A stretch of 64,000 nt of DNA, taken from the NCBI GenBank assembly GCA_963804165.1, contig CAWDPO010000002.1, positions 32,001 through 96,000 on the forward strand, given 5' to 3'. This DNA is from an uncultured delta proteobacterium. Its GTDB lineage: Bacteria > Desulfobacterota > Binatia > UBA9968. The position numbers and the translations under genes are program-made. Below the pieces are notes generated by a model, which made no database searches, was not told the origin of the DNA, and saw only the letters and a list, made by a program, of their open reading frames with translations. Below, in pieces: positions 12,214 through 26,158 of this stretch; position 1 is the stretch's first letter; the number at the start of each line of letters is the position of its first letter.

Positions 12214-13362
12214 CTAGTTAATGAACGACGAAGCTTTTTCCCGCGCCCACCGATCCACGTCCAGAACTTCGCCGATCTCCGTCGCGCGCCGGTTTTCGTG
12301 TGCTTGCATCGTCCGTTTAATTATACGATGAATTTCGCGAAATCCTATCCGCCGGTTTAAAAATGCGGCGACCGCTACTTCATTGGCGGCATTGAGCACC
12401 GCCGGCATTGTCCGTCCCTCGCGTAGTGCATCGTAGGCAAGCGACAACGCTGGGAATCGTTTCTTTTCCACTGGAACGAAGTTTAACTGGCCCTGCCGGG
12501 TGAGATCCAGCGCGGGCCAGCTCCCCTCGAGCCGGTATGGAAACGCCAGGGCATAGGCGATCGGTATGCGCATATCGGCGATGCCGAGCTGGGCGATGAT
12601 CGATCCATCTTGATACCGCACCATCGAATGGACCACGCTTTGCGGATGGATAATAACTTGGATATCGCTGGGCTGCATATCAAATTCCCAGCGCGCTTCG
12701 ATCACTTCCAACCCCTTGTTCATCATGGTTGCCGAGTCGATGGTTATTTTTCGGCCCATTTTCCAATTGGGGTGCTTTAAGGCTTGCTCGACAGTGACGC
12801 GGTCCAGTCGGCTTAGCGGCGTACGGAGAAATGGGCCCCCCGACGCCGTAAGAATGATCTTGTCGACCTCGCTACGCTGATTTCCCCTCAGGCATTGAAA
12901 GACCGCGCTATGTTCGCTGTCTACAGGCAGCAAGCGAACCCCTCGTTGCTTGGCGGCATCAACAAAAAGCTCCCCCGCCATCACCAGCGCCTCTTTATTG
13001 GCCAGAGCAATCTCTTTTCCGGCCAGAAGGCCCTTGAAACATGGCATCAGCCCCGCCCCGCCGACGATGGCAGCGAGCACGACGTCGATCTCGGGCGCAG
13101 CGGCAATAGTTGACGCCCCCGCTTCGCCCCAGAAAATCTCAATTTTCTGCTGACCGACAAGCGTACGTAAACGGCGAACATCTTGTTCGCGCTCAATCGC
13201 GACACACTTGGGCGAAAACTCTTTAATCTGCTTTGCGAGCAAGTTCAAATTTCGTCCAGCGGCCATGCCATGGACTTTGAAACGGTCGGGAAACTCGCGC
13301 ACGAGTGCAAGCGCGCTGACTCCGATTGAGCCCGTGGAACCGAGCAAAGCGATCGTTTTCAC
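12214..13362 (-). CDS. dxr: 1-deoxy-D-xylulose-5-phosphate reductoisomerase
   Basis: LGSTGSIG, LANKE, PVDSEH, HPNWKMG. Confidence 0.97.
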   Translation of the reverse strand: MKTIALLGSTGSIGVSALALVREFPDRFKVHGMAAGRNLNLLAKQIKEFSPKCVAIEREQDVRRLRTLVGQQKIEIFWGEAGASTIAAAPEIDVVLAAIVGGAGLMPCFKGLLAGKEIALANKEALVMAGELFVDAAKQRGVRLLPVDSEHSAVFQCLRGNQRSEVDKIILTASGGPFLRTPLSRLDRVTVEQALKHPNWKMGRKITIDSATMMNKGLEVIEARWEFDMQPSDIQVIIHPQSVVHSMVRYQDGSIIAQLGIADMRIPIAYALAFPYRLEGSWPALDLTRQGQLNFVPVEKKRFPALSLAYDALREGRTMPAVLNAANEVAVAAFLNRRIGFREIHRIIKRTMQAHENRRATEIGEVLDVDRWAREKASSFIN

Positions 13363-14165
13363 GGATGAAACACTTTCAAATACGCTGTCGTAAAAACCGC
13401 AGGAAAGATCAAACTATCGACCCGATCGAGCAAGCCGCCATGTCCCGGCAACAAACGGCCCGAATCTTTGACGTCAAAGACTCGCTTGATCCACGATTCA
13501 AAGAGGTCGCCGATCTGTGCCAGTATGCTAAGCGTTAGTGAGAGCGCCAGTATTTCAGTCCAATTAACGGAGTCGCTGAGAAATGACGCGCCAGCAACAC
13601 CGGCAACTACCGCACCGAGGATGTAACCGCATGATCCGGCGATCGTCTTCCCGGGACTCAAGGCGACGGCGAGTTTCCGCGCGCCGAAATGCTTGCCGAT
13701 AAAATACGCCATAGTGTCACCCACCATAACGACCCACAAGACCCAAAACACCCAGCCTCGTCCGTTCGGCAGCCTAAATAATAAAATCCAGTGAGGGAAA
13801 AAGTATCCGAGGTAAAACCCACCGAGCAACGCGAGCGCAAGGCGGTTCAACTGATCCGCCAGTTGACCACCTGCAAAAAGATACACCGTGAACGCGACCA
13901 ACAATACTATGTCCAGCCAGACCAATGGGTCAACGTCGCCGTTCAGAAAAACCGCTCCCGATAAACATATTCCGAATGCGATCCCCATCCACCGGTCTTT
14001 CCACTGCCGAGGAAACACCATAGTGAAATATTCGCGCAATGCTTTCACCATTAAAATAAAAAAAAGCGACGAAAATAACCAAGGGGGACTCCAACCGACA
14101 AAGACGACCAGCAACGGTATACCGACCGCCGCAGTTGCCAGTCTTGATTTAAGATTGGCGTCCAC
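13359..14165 (-). CDS. cdsA: phosphatidate cytidylyltransferase
   Basis: SPGKT, GDLFESWIKR..VKDSG.LLPGHGGLLDRVDS. Confidence 0.96.
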   Translation of the reverse strand: MDANLKSRLATAAVGIPLLVVFVGWSPPWLFSSLFFILMVKALREYFTMVFPRQWKDRWMGIAFGICLSGAVFLNGDVDPLVWLDIVLLVAFTVYLFAGGQLADQLNRLALALLGGFYLGYFFPHWILLFRLPNGRGWVFWVLWVVMVGDTMAYFIGKHFGARKLAVALSPGKTIAGSCGYILGAVVAGVAGASFLSDSVNWTEILALSLTLSILAQIGDLFESWIKRVFDVKDSGRLLPGHGGLLDRVDSLIFPAVFTTAYLKVFHP

Positions 14166-14928
14166 CAGCCCCCATCGACCGAGTCACGAGTTCACCGAGC
14201 TGTTCATCAGTGCGACCGAACCTGCGCCGCCGCCGCTGGAAATCGAGCAGAGCTTGAAGATATTCCCCCTCACGGAAATCAGGCCACAATATAGGTGTAA
14301 CGTACAGTTCGCTGTAGGCGATCTGCCACAGATAAAAATTGCTGATGCGCATTTCGCCGCTGGTGCGAATCAACAGATCGGGATCCGGCACACCGCCGGT
14401 GTCAAGCCGCGCACTCACGGTACGTTCATCGATCTGTTCGGGGTCCAGTTCTTGTGCGCGCGCTTCACGGGCCATCCCTTGAATCAGCCTTACGATCTCG
14501 TCCCGTCCGCTGTAGCTCAGGGCCAGGATGACAGTCATTCGTCGATTGTCGCGTGTGAGATCAATGACCTTTTCTAAAACGTTGCGGACATTGTCGGGCA
14601 GCCGCGATCTGTCCCCGATTGCCGTGAGACGAATGCCGTAACGCATCATTTTAACCTGCTCGGCCGCCAGATAGTGCTCCAAGAGGCCCATAAGCGCATC
14701 GATTTCGTCATGCGGTCGAAACCAGTTTTCCGTGGAAAAGGCGTACAGGGATAGATAACGGATGCCGATCCTACGGCTCATCTCGACAATGACGCGGACC
14801 GAAGTTTTGCCGCGGCGATGGCCTTCGATACGACTTTTTCCGCGTAGTTTTGCCCACCGGCCATTTCCATCCATGATGATGGCGACATGTTCGGGCAGAC
14901 GCGTCTTGTCTAAACCGTTTAGCTCCAT
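14149..14928 (-). CDS. uppS: undecaprenyl diphosphate synthase
   Basis: HVAIIMDGNGRWA, FSTENW, IRTSGE.RISNF. Confidence 0.97.
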   Translation of the reverse strand: MELNGLDKTRLPEHVAIIMDGNGRWAKLRGKSRIEGHRRGKTSVRVIVEMSRRIGIRYLSLYAFSTENWFRPHDEIDALMGLLEHYLAAEQVKMMRYGIRLTAIGDRSRLPDNVRNVLEKVIDLTRDNRRMTVILALSYSGRDEIVRLIQGMAREARAQELDPEQIDERTVSARLDTGGVPDPDLLIRTSGEMRISNFYLWQIAYSELYVTPILWPDFREGEYLQALLDFQRRRRRFGRTDEQLGELVTRSMGAGGRQS

Positions 14929-15042
14929 CGCTGCCTTGGTCGAATCAGTTTCATGGGTGAGATACTCAGGCGATGCCGGAAGGACTCCGGGGTACCGAAC
15001 CTACGGGGAGACTGGAGAACGAAAAGTCGAAAGCGCCGAGGG

Positions 15043-16956
<1,914 letters not shown>

Positions 16957-16961
16957 CGAAA

Positions 16962-17729
16962 TTAAGCTCCCACGGCTACCGTATTTTCCGCCGTCTCGGT
17001 CCCCGATCGATCTTCTTCCTTACCCTTTACCAACGATTGCTCGTACAACGTCTTGCCTTCATTGATTGCGTCGGCAATCGACGCACAAAACAATCGGATG
17101 GCGCGAATCGCGTCATCGTTCCCGGGTACCTTGTAGTCCACCATGTCGGGATCGCAATTCGTGTCGATAACAGCGATGACAGGTATGCCCAGCTTGCGGG
17201 CTTCCTTCACCGCAATCTCTTCCTGCTTGGGGTCGATGACAAAAATAGCATCCGGAAGCTTGCGCATGGTCTTGATGCCACCGAGCGACTGCTCTAGCTT
17301 GGCCCTTTCGCGCTTAAGTCCCAGCATTTCCTTTTTTGTTAACGCGTCGACGATTTTCGGGTCGTTTTCCATCTCCTCAATCTTGCGCAAGCGCTCAATA
17401 CTTTGCCGGATGGTCGAAAAGTTAGTCAGCGTTCCGCCTAACCATCGATTGTGGACGTGGAACATGCCACAGCGTTCGGCTTCCTCTCTAATCGCGTCTT
17501 GAGCCTGCTTTTTTGTTCCAACGAAGAGAACATGCCCACCCGAGGCCGCTAGGTCACGCACCACCGATTCCAGATCTTTGAACATCGTCACTGTTTGTTG
17601 CAGGTCGATAATATGAATGCCGTTCCTGGCGCCGAAAATGTACGGCTTCATCTTGGGATTCCAGCGGCTGGTTTGATGGCCAAAGTGAACCCCCGCCTCC
17701 AATAATTGTTTCATAGAAATATCGCCCAT
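16962..17729 (-). CDS. rpsB: 30S ribosomal protein S2
   Basis: [20 protein letters not shown]. Confidence 0.98.
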   Translation of the reverse strand: MGDISMKQLLEAGVHFGHQTSRWNPKMKPYIFGARNGIHIIDLQQTVTMFKDLESVVRDLAASGGHVLFVGTKKQAQDAIREEAERCGMFHVHNRWLGGTLTNFSTIRQSIERLRKIEEMENDPKIVDALTKKEMLGLKRERAKLEQSLGGIKTMRKLPDAIFVIDPKQEEIAVKEARKLGIPVIAVIDTNCDPDMVDYKVPGNDDAIRAIRLFCASIADAINEGKTLYEQSLVKGKEEDRSGTETAENTVAVGA

Positions 17730-17742
17730 TTTTCACTCCTTT

Positions 17743-17817
17743 GGTTTTATCCTCCCCTCTCTTCATCTCCACGTCGAACCTTAACGGCACCTCGACATAG
17801 ATCCGAAAGGGTGTGAA
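17743..17817 (-). ncRNA. rpsB leader (t44-like S2 autoregulatory RNA)
   Basis: Minus strand CACAC...ATGTCGA-GGTGCC...TTCGACGT...GGAGG..AACC directly upstream of the rpsB RBS; matches recalled t44 layout. Confidence 0.65.
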
Positions 17818-17963
17818 TTTGACTTATAAACTGCGCGTTTGCGTGGCGAAAAAGAGCTGCCGGGCAATCGCTCAGCATGGCTAATCGGTAAAGGACTTTG
17901 ATAACCTTGCGTTCTTAACAGAGTTCTAGGGTCGACGCAAGATTCTGCGGAGCGGGAGAGGGC

Positions 17964-19268
17964 TCACTGGCTCATCGACTCAAGGAATTCCTTATTCGTT
18001 TTAGTGCCCCGCATCTTGTCAAGCAGGAATTCCATGGCCTCGACGACACTAAGCTGCGATAAAACCTTGCGCAAGATCCAGATCCGATTGAGATCCTCTC
18101 TAGCGATTAACAGCTCCTCCTTGCGCGTCCCCGACTTGTTGATATCGATTGCTGGAAATACCCGTTTGTCCATCAACCGACGGTCTAGATTGACCTCCAT
18201 ATTACCCGTACCCTTGAATTCTTCAAAAATGACTTCGTCCATTCGACTACCGGTGTCGATGAGCGCGGTCGCCATAATCGTGAGACTGCCTCCGTCTTCG
18301 ATGTTGCGAGCAGCGCCAAAAAACTTTTTCGGCTTGTGCAACGCGTTGGAATCGACGCCTCCGGAGAGAATTTTTCCGCTTGGAGGCACAACGGTATTAT
18401 AAGCACGCGCAAGCCGCGTAATGCTGTCGAGCAAGATGACCACGTCCTTACCATGCTCAACCAGTCTTTTTGCTTTCTCGATGACCATTTCAGCGACTTG
18501 GACGTGGCGCGTGGCGGGTTCGTCGAATGTTGAACTGATCACTTCACCATCAACCGAGCGCTGCATATCGGTGACTTCTTCTGGGCGCTCATCGATCAGC
18601 AAAACGATGAGAATGACTTCTTTGTGGTTGTGAGCGATGGCTTTGGCAATGTGTTGCAGCATCATCGTTTTGCCGGTACGGGGTGCCGCCACAATGAGAC
18701 CGCGCTGACCCTTGCCGATCGGTGTCAACAAATCAACGATCCGTGTCGTATAATCATCGGGCTGGCATTCGAGCAGCAGTCTTTCATTGGGATAGAGCGG
18801 CGTCAGATTATCGAAAAGGATTTTTTCCCGCGCTCTCTCGGGATCTTCAAAATTGATCGTTTCAACTTTAAGGAGCGCGAAATATCGTTCGCCTTCCTTT
18901 GGCGGCCTAATGTGACCGGAGATGATATCTCCGGTGCGCAAGTTAAAACGGCGAATCTGGCTGGGCGACACGTAAATATCGTCGGGGCCGGGAAGATAGT
19001 TGTAATCAGGCGCTCTCAGAAAACCGAACCCGTCCGGAAGTGTTTCCAAAACCCCTTCGCCATAGATGTGACCATTCTGCTCGGTTTGGGCTTGCAGGAT
19101 GGCAAATATCAACTCCTGCTTGCGCATATTGGCCGCGCCCTCGATATTGAAATTCTTGCCAATCAACGCAAGATCGCTGATTTTCTTTTCCTTGAGGGCT
19201 TTAAGATTCAACCCGTTATCTTCAACAACAGCCTCCGGCTCGGCGGCTCGAGTTCTCCCACGAACCAT
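17964..19268 (-). CDS. rho: transcription termination factor Rho
   Basis: [29 protein letters not shown]. Confidence 0.98.
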   Translation of the reverse strand: MVRGRTRAAEPEAVVEDNGLNLKALKEKKISDLALIGKNFNIEGAANMRKQELIFAILQAQTEQNGHIYGEGVLETLPDGFGFLRAPDYNYLPGPDDIYVSPSQIRRFNLRTGDIISGHIRPPKEGERYFALLKVETINFEDPERAREKILFDNLTPLYPNERLLLECQPDDYTTRIVDLLTPIGKGQRGLIVAAPRTGKTMMLQHIAKAIAHNHKEVILIVLLIDERPEEVTDMQRSVDGEVISSTFDEPATRHVQVAEMVIEKAKRLVEHGKDVVILLDSITRLARAYNTVVPPSGKILSGGVDSNALHKPKKFFGAARNIEDGGSLTIMATALIDTGSRMDEVIFEEFKGTGNMEVNLDRRLMDKRVFPAIDINKSGTRKEELLIAREDLNRIWILRKVLSQLSVVEAMEFLLDKMRGTKTNKEFLESMSQ

Positions 19269-19577
19269 ACGCTATAGTTCTCCTTTCATCGACTTAAAGC
19301 AGTATCCCGTGGCGCCAAGGTGACGCACGATTGTTAGCGAAATCTGTTAAATCACGTCGAGGCTCTGACCCATCACGCGCCATTGACATCTCGGCAAACA
19401 ACGGTAGCAATGGGCACAAGTTCAGACACAAGGACGTCAATGCGACAGGATGTAGGACGCAGACGGAAATCTTTCTTTCAATAAAAAATCAACTTCAGAA
19501 CACTTATCGCCGGGTGAATCTGTTTTTCGCGTGGGGATTGACTAAAGAATTTACTGAATTGGATTCTCTCGTAATTG

Positions 19578-19606
19578 ATATTATTTTAACGTGACCTGCT
19601 TGTCAA
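19578..19606 (-). promoter_or_regulatory. sigma70 promoter for rho at the 3' end of rluD
   Basis: TTGACA-17 bp-TAATAT on the minus strand. Confidence 0.6.
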
Positions 19607-20663
19607 CCCCTCTTGTGATTATATCATGGGGGATCTCTACTGCGCCGCCGTCGCGCATTCGCAGGCGATTCAAAAGATCGGAGAAATCGTTTGGCAGGGG
19701 CGCCGAGAATTCCATCGGTCGAGCCGGCCATCCAAGCTCAATGGTCAATTTTTCGGCATGGAGAGCCTGGCGCGGGAAAAGATCAATCCGCGGGTCGCGC
19801 GGCACTTTTGCCACCGTCAGGCGTTTGCGACCGTAAATCTTATCGCCAATTAAAGGATGCCCCATGTCAGCAAGGTGTACCCGCAGCTGGTGTGTCCGCC
19901 CCGTCCTCGGCCGCAACCGCAGCAAGGTCATCGCCGCTAACGGATACGACTTGGGGTTGATTCGGAAGCGCTCCTCAACGCTCCACTCCGTAATCGCTTC
20001 GCGCCCGCGACGGTCGAGATGCAAGCTCGACATGCGCTTGCGGTCCGAGCGGTGGCGCCCTATGGCCCGATCGATTATTCCCCTGTCAGGTTCTATCATT
20101 CCCCAAACCAGAGCCAGATATTCTTTGTGCACGGTCCGGTTCTTAAACTGACCCACCAGTTGAAGATAAGCCGACATATTCTTCGCGACCACCATCACAC
20201 CCGAGGTGTCTTTGTCCAATCGGTGTACGATCCCCGGTCGCCGCTCACCGCCCACGCCCGCCATGTTGGGATAATGATGCAAAAGGGCGTTGACCAACGT
20301 GCCACTCGATCGGCCAGCTGCCGGGTGAACTACGATCCCGGGAGACTTATTCACAACGATGCAGTCCGTGTCTTCGTACAGGATGTTGAGGGGCAGCGCT
20401 TCGGCGAGTAACTGCGTTTCACGCGGCGGCAACGGTAAAATGTTAATCCAATCATTGGATTTTAGTCGCGTGCTCGGCTTTGTCATTGCGCCGTTCAGAG
20501 TGATAAGTCCTTCAGCTATGAGCCGCTGGATACCCGCGCGACTAAGACCAAAGCACGACTCAACGCCAACCGTTAGACGTCGAGTCAGGTACAAGTCCAG
20601 CCGAACTCCAGCCGAATTTTGATCGATGACAAATTGCTCACCCACCATCGAAAGCACCGTCAC
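19581..20663 (-). CDS. rluD: RluA-family pseudouridine synthase (RluD-like)
   Basis: S4 domain, HRLDKDTSG, TGRTHQLRVH, LHA; start may be 20648. Confidence 0.88.
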   Translation of the reverse strand: MTVLSMVGEQFVIDQNSAGVRLDLYLTRRLTVGVESCFGLSRAGIQRLIAEGLITLNGAMTKPSTRLKSNDWINILPLPPRETQLLAEALPLNILYEDTDCIVVNKSPGIVVHPAAGRSSGTLVNALLHHYPNMAGVGGERRPGIVHRLDKDTSGVMVVAKNMSAYLQLVGQFKNRTVHKEYLALVWGMIEPDRGIIDRAIGRHRSDRKRMSSLHLDRRGREAITEWSVEERFRINPKSYPLAAMTLLRLRPRTGRTHQLRVHLADMGHPLIGDKIYGRKRLTVAKVPRDPRIDLFPRQALHAEKLTIELGWPARPMEFSAPLPNDFSDLLNRLRMRDGGAVEIPHDIITRGVDKQVTLK

Positions 20664-21606
20664 GGGTTACGGGGGGTAAATTTAGATCGCTAAAGACGGA
20701 TGCGGCAACTTTGACATCGCTGCGGATTTGCACGATCAACTCGTCAACCGATGAAAATTTTCTTTCTTCGCGGAGCCGTTTCACGAAGCAAAGCTTCACC
20801 GCTTTGCCGTAAATATCACCGTCGAAATTTAAGATGAAGCTTTCCACGGTCCTGGGTCCATCGCCGAAGGTCGGGTTCAGTCCGATGCTGCTGACGCTCG
20901 TCAAGTTTTTTTCGCCCAACTGAAACAGCGTAGCGTAAATGCCGTCCAAGGGCAGCGTTTCCGCCCGTGTCGCGATGTTGGCGGTGGGAAAACCGAGATC
21001 TCGACCGCGATGATGACCGGCGATGACCCGTCCTGAGATGAAGTAATAGCGGCCGAGCATCGGCACGACGTCATCCACTCGGCCCTCGCTAACCGCCTGG
21101 CGGACTATCGAACTGCTCACTCTAACGCCATTGACCAAGATGGGCTCGACGACCGCCACGCCGAAGCCAAGAGCAGCGCCCATTTGAACAAGAGTTTCGA
21201 CCCGACCCTTTCGGCCTTGCCCAAAGCGCAGATCTTTCCCGACCCAGACTCTTTTCGCTTTGAGCCGATCCGCAAGAATACCGCGGACAAATTCATCGGC
21301 GCCGAGCTTGGCGAAGGATAGATCAAAATGCTGCACGACAACGATATCGACGCCCAGGTTTTTCATAAGCTGCATCTTGTCTTTGTGCGACAAAAGCATC
21401 TTTGGCGCGCGTTCGGGGGCAAGGACCTTCAGGGGATGAGGCTCGAACGTCAAGACCGCCGATGGGACACCAAGCTCCTTGGCTTCCGCCACAGCGCCTC
21501 CGATCAAAGCCTGGTGCCCCAAATGTATGCCGTCAAAATTCCCCAGGGTGACGACAGATCTTTCGAGCTGCAAACCCGGGTCCCCGATGTGGCGAAAAAT
21601 CTGCAT
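20638..21606 (-). CDS. ribF: bifunctional riboflavin kinase/FAD synthetase
   Basis: GNFDGIHLGH, GRDLGFPTAN. Confidence 0.96.
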   Translation of the reverse strand: MQIFRHIGDPGLQLERSVVTLGNFDGIHLGHQALIGGAVAEAKELGVPSAVLTFEPHPLKVLAPERAPKMLLSHKDKMQLMKNLGVDIVVVQHFDLSFAKLGADEFVRGILADRLKAKRVWVGKDLRFGQGRKGRVETLVQMGAALGFGVAVVEPILVNGVRVSSSIVRQAVSEGRVDDVVPMLGRYYFISGRVIAGHHRGRDLGFPTANIATRAETLPLDGIYATLFQLGEKNLTSVSSIGLNPTFGDGPRTVESFILNFDGDIYGKAVKLCFVKRLREERKFSSVDELIVQIRSDVKVAASVFSDLNLPPVTRDGAFDGG

Positions 21607-21710
21607 ATTTCAACGTGTAAGTGGAAGCAGTCTCGCCGGCAGGCGCGACACCGTCGATTAAACCAGTAGCAGGGGAAGATTAGAATTCAAATTCGCGGAG
21701 AGCGGTCTGG

Positions 21711-22573
21711 CTACGATTCGAGGGCTTTCAACCTCTGCCTTGCTCTTCCCGCCTCGGGAGATTGCGGATACTTCTCGACCAACTCTTGCAAAACCAAACG
21801 CGCGTTGAGTTTTTCTCCTAATTCAGCAAAAGCGGATCCCTGCCTGAGGAGTGCCCCCGCAACCTTGTCACTCTGCGGATACCTTCTCCGTACCTCGTCG
21901 AATTCCACGATCGCCTTATCGAATTCTTTCAGCGCAAAGTGACTTTCACCGATCGAGAATTGCGCGCTTGGAGCAAGCCGGCTTTTAGGATTTCGCTTGA
22001 GGAAATCCCGAAACCGCCCAATCGCCGCTCGGTAGTCTTTCTTTTCAAATACCCTCCATGCGGTCTCAAAATCCTTGCGCGCGCTTTCCGACTCGGCAAG
22101 CGACAAGTCCACATAGCCAATATCGGTCTCCGGCTTCTGCGCCGCCTGTTGGAGGGATTCGCGGAGTTGCTTCAACTCGTCTTCGCGGCCCTTAAGCAAT
22201 TCGGACTGGGACTTGGCGTCTTGTTCAAGCTTTGCGAGACGATCTTCTAGATTCTTGACCCGCTGGTCGCCGTCCCGGTTCGTTTGGCCCATTGCCTGCC
22301 AACTTGAACACGAGTCTCATCGATCCGTTCCTTGATCGCGTTTAGATCTCGCTGCATTTGTTGAATATTCGCCCGCGTGTCAGCCAGTGTGGCACGAATG
22401 CTGTCGACATCGGTGTGCAAGCCGTTCACGTCGCTCCGCATCCGGCGCTGTTCTCTTTCGAGCAATTCGATTTGCTGCGGGTTGACGCAGGCGGATAACC
22501 AGCCGCCGGTGAGCAGCAGCAAACAAAAAATCAACAAATGGATAGTTGGAGTCGAACGATTCACTGGCCGCAC
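21711..22573 (-). CDS. cpoB: tol-pal system protein CpoB/YbgF (frameshift near 22290)
   Basis: Lipoprotein-like N-terminus and coiled coil (ORF 22247..22573) plus TPR domain YPQS..A (ORF 21711..22292). Confidence 0.85.
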
Positions 22574-22579
22574 TCAACG

Positions 22580-23183
22580 CTACGACGTCGACACGTCCTT
22601 GGAGAATAACGAAACGCGCCCGTCGGTTTTGCTTCCAACAATCTTCGCTTTGTTCTCGGCAAACCGGAATTTCCTGACCGTAGCTAATCGTCGAAAGCCG
22701 GTCGACCGGGATCGCCGAGAGTCGACAAAAAGTCGCGTGCCGCTTGAGCCCGTTTGGCTCCGAGGGCGAGATTATATTCGTTGGTGCCGCGCTCATCGCA
22801 ATGGCCTTCGATTTCGACCCGCGCCGAAGGATTGTTCTTAAGCCAATCGGCGTTGGCGCGCAGCGTGTGACCGTGCGTCGGCGCTTAAATCGTAGCGGTC
22901 AAATTCATAATAAACATCCTTCAACGGGCTCGACGCCGGGTGTGATAGGTGATTTTCCTTCTTGCATCTGCTTCAGGCTACTGGCGCCTGTGTTGGACTC
23001 ACCTGTGCCGCCGCGTTGACCCTCTCCAGCTCGGCGATCGCCGCCTGATGCGTCCGCGTCCGCACGGTTTGCCGACGCTGCTGGGTCCGGCTTTTCGTAG
23101 CGCTCGGAGCGCATGCTGCGACGCTAAAAAATAAGACAACCATGCCCCACACAGACCATGGGATTCTAAATCCGACTTATCAT
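22580..23183 (-). CDS. pal: peptidoglycan-associated lipoprotein (several frameshifts)
   Basis: Fragments [13 protein letters not shown] (revcomp 22776-22810), [21 protein letters not shown]; AGGAGG RBS before ATG 23183; ends approximate. Confidence 0.85.
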
Positions 23184-23246
23184 ATTTAACCTCCTGCGTG
23201 CGTCTGGGGTCGCATTGAATGTGAATCGACGTGGCGGAGTTGAAAG

Positions 23247-24572
23247 TCAGTCTAAGCGAGCGGACCAATGAGGTTTTGTATCATCCCCCCCCGACCCTGT
23301 CAATCTACGCTGGTTATCTCCACTCGCCTGCATAACATAAAGATGATACTTGCCCGCGCGATTTGATGAAAAAGCAATGAACCTGCCGTCCGGAGACCAA
23401 GTCGGATCCTCGCTGTCGAACGATTCGGAAGTGAGTTTACGCGCTTCGCCGCCGTCCACAGGAATCGTAAAAATCGCGAAGCGACTGCCGACGCGCCCCG
23501 TATAAACGATCCGATCGCCTCTCGGCGACCACTCCGGCGAAGTGTTGTAACTTCCGCTGTACGTGAGTCGGCGCGTGTTGCCCCCGGCATACATCCAAAA
23601 TATACAACTGTGGCGAACCGCTGCGGTCAGACACGAAGACAACCTGCTTGCCGTCCGGCGACCAAGCCGGCGAAACTTCTATGCCGGGATCATTGGTCAA
23701 TCGCCGGATTACGTTACCGCTTCGATCGAGCAAATAAAGATTGGTATTGCCGCCGGATTCCAATGTCGCCACAATCGATTTGGCCGTCTGGCGAGAATTT
23801 CCCGCTGAGATATCTGCCGCCCCCGCGCGGCGTAAACTTGGTTTCTTTGCCGCTGTATAGCTCAAACAAAAATAAGGTCTGACTGCGGTCCTTAAACGAC
23901 GAGTAGAGAATTGAACGACCGTCCGGACTCCAGGCAGGCGATAGATTGATCGTGTGATTGTCGGTGACCTGAAATTTTTCGCTGCCATCCAAATGGGAAA
24001 CATAGATCTCCTTGAAACGGCCGCCGCTGTTGGACACGTAAGCAATGCTGCGTGTTGAAGATGCCCGGAACGCCGGTAAATTGATTGATGATTTCGTCGA
24101 CGAATTTATGCGCGATGCGGCGGAAGTCTCTCACTCGACCGGTATAACGCTTACCGATCCGTTCTTTGTTTTGATAAACGTCAAATAAGCCGCAGTTCGA
24201 CGGTGATCTCGTCTCCTTGCACGGAAAACCCGCCCTTCACCAATCCTTCGGCGCCGATGGTCGCCCAGTCTTTGAAATCGAATGTTCCAAGAGTGATGCC
24301 GCTCGATGAGCGTTTTCGATGATAAGCCGAACGATCCAAAACTCTAAACCACCCGGACAGCTCCAGATCGTGCACCATCGCATCGGCGATGCCCGTGGAG
24401 AGTCGAGCCGAATCGGCACGTGTTGCCCCCAAGGTTTTTCAGGGGCGACACGGCGATCGGAAAGCGCTGTCCGCCTTGGCCGAGGATTTCGCCCGTAACT
24501 GCGCTCGCGCCACTCGCCACCCAAGGCCGAATCGCTAAAAACATGACGACTAGAAAGAATTTTAAAACTCAT
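23247..24572 (-). CDS. tolB: TolB beta-propeller protein (several frameshifts)
   Basis: RRIAHKFVDEI and PD40 repeats SPAWSPDG spread over several frames. Confidence 0.88.
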
Positions 24573-24575
24573 CGT

Positions 24576-25500
24576 TTATGCTCCTAAGTCTCTCGGTCGA
24601 AACGTCAATTCGACGTCGGCAAAATCCTTTCGATAACTTTCCGGCGGCGCCGGCAAGGGACTCGATTTTTTGACTGCTCGAAGCACCGATTCGTCGTAAG
24701 ACGGATCCCCTGACGGTTGGACGATTTTGAGTCCGACAATTTCGCCTGTATCTTTGATGCCGAAATGAACCACGACTTTTAAGTTGCTGCGTTGCCCAAC
24801 CCACGCCCAATTGTCTTTGATAGTGCCGAGCATGCGATTTTGATAGATGAGAAAATCCATCCCCTTTACGACCCCGGGACCACCACGCCCGCCCGGCCCA
24901 AGTCCCGCCGCACCCTCGCCTTCGCCGGACCCGGCACTCAAATCTCGCCTTTTGCCGGTTTTTGCGCGCTTTCATCGCGAGACTTCGCGCGTTTCAAGTG
25001 GCGACTGAAGCAGCCTCTCGCGCACGCTATCGGCGGATGCCGTTTCTGCTCTTTGCTTCTTCTTTCATTTCTTTCGCGGATTCTTTCTTCGCGAGGGCGG
25101 CTCCGGCTTGGTGGGTTCGACCTTGGTCTTCTCTTCGATCTTCTCTTTGAGCACCACTTTCTCTTCGACAGGCTTTTTCTCGGTCGGCTTTGGCCTTCTC
25201 ACGACTTCCTTCTTGCTCTCTGTTTTGGTCTCCCGCACCGGCGCGACGGGTCCGATTCCGGGGTTTTGGCGGCAGTTTAGCCGCAGGAACTCCGTGCCCA
25301 ATTTCGCGCCGCCTAATCTTTTCGCCGCCGACAAGGTCGACAACATAAACCGGCGCATCAGGGCGAACCGGTCGACGGCAACAACGGCGCCAAGAAAAGA
25401 CACGCGACGAACACTCACATGCAGCATGAAGCGAGAACAACGAGCCATTTCGGTAAGCGCTCTTCCGAGCCCGCCGTCGGAAAGGAGCGGTCGCGCAAGC
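24576..25500 (-). CDS. tolA: TolA/TonB-family energy transducer (frameshifted)
   Basis: Lys/Glu/Pro-rich linker, C-terminal PSGDPSYDESVLRAVKKSSPLPAPP; start approximate. Confidence 0.7.
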
Positions 25501-25957
25501 TAATGGTCGGCGATGGAGTTCCTTCGGCCAAGAGCGACTATCTTTCTCGGACGGCGGGCGGGTCACCATGCCCAATTTCTGATGCCGGCCTGTTTGATCT
25601 CCGCAATTGTTTTCATGACAACCCCATAACGCACGTCTTGATCGGCACGTAGATACACCTGCTTGTTCGCTTGCAATTTTTTGATCGCTCGGAGTTTATC
25701 ACCCAGTTCCTCCAGCGACATGGCGTTGTCGTTGAGATATATATTACCATTTTTCGCCACGGTCACAACCAGATGCTCTTCGGTACCGGGAATGGCGCTT
25801 GATTGGTCTGAGGAAGATTGACCTGTACGCCCTGCTGGATGATCGGCGCGGTAACCATGAAAATAACCAGAAGCACCAACATCACATCGACTAGCGGAGT
25901 CACATTGATTTGCGAGATCGTTGTCGCTTTCCCGCGCGACGAGGCATCCATAGCCAT
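25500..25957 (-). CDS. tolR: TolR (frameshifted)
   Basis: [34 protein letters not shown]; end approximate. Confidence 0.88.
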
Positions 25958-26158
25958 AGTCACCTCTCCTTTGTTTAGCGATTTTCCACTCGAACCGGAG
26001 CGCCGATGGCGGACGGAAATGCACGTGGCATACCACGGACCTAGCCGCACTCACATGGTCTTTATCACTGCGTAACATGACTGCCCCCAACGCTGTACGA
26101 CCCCAACACCATCAAGACGCTACGATTAAATCGTGATCAATTATACCCGATTAATTGA

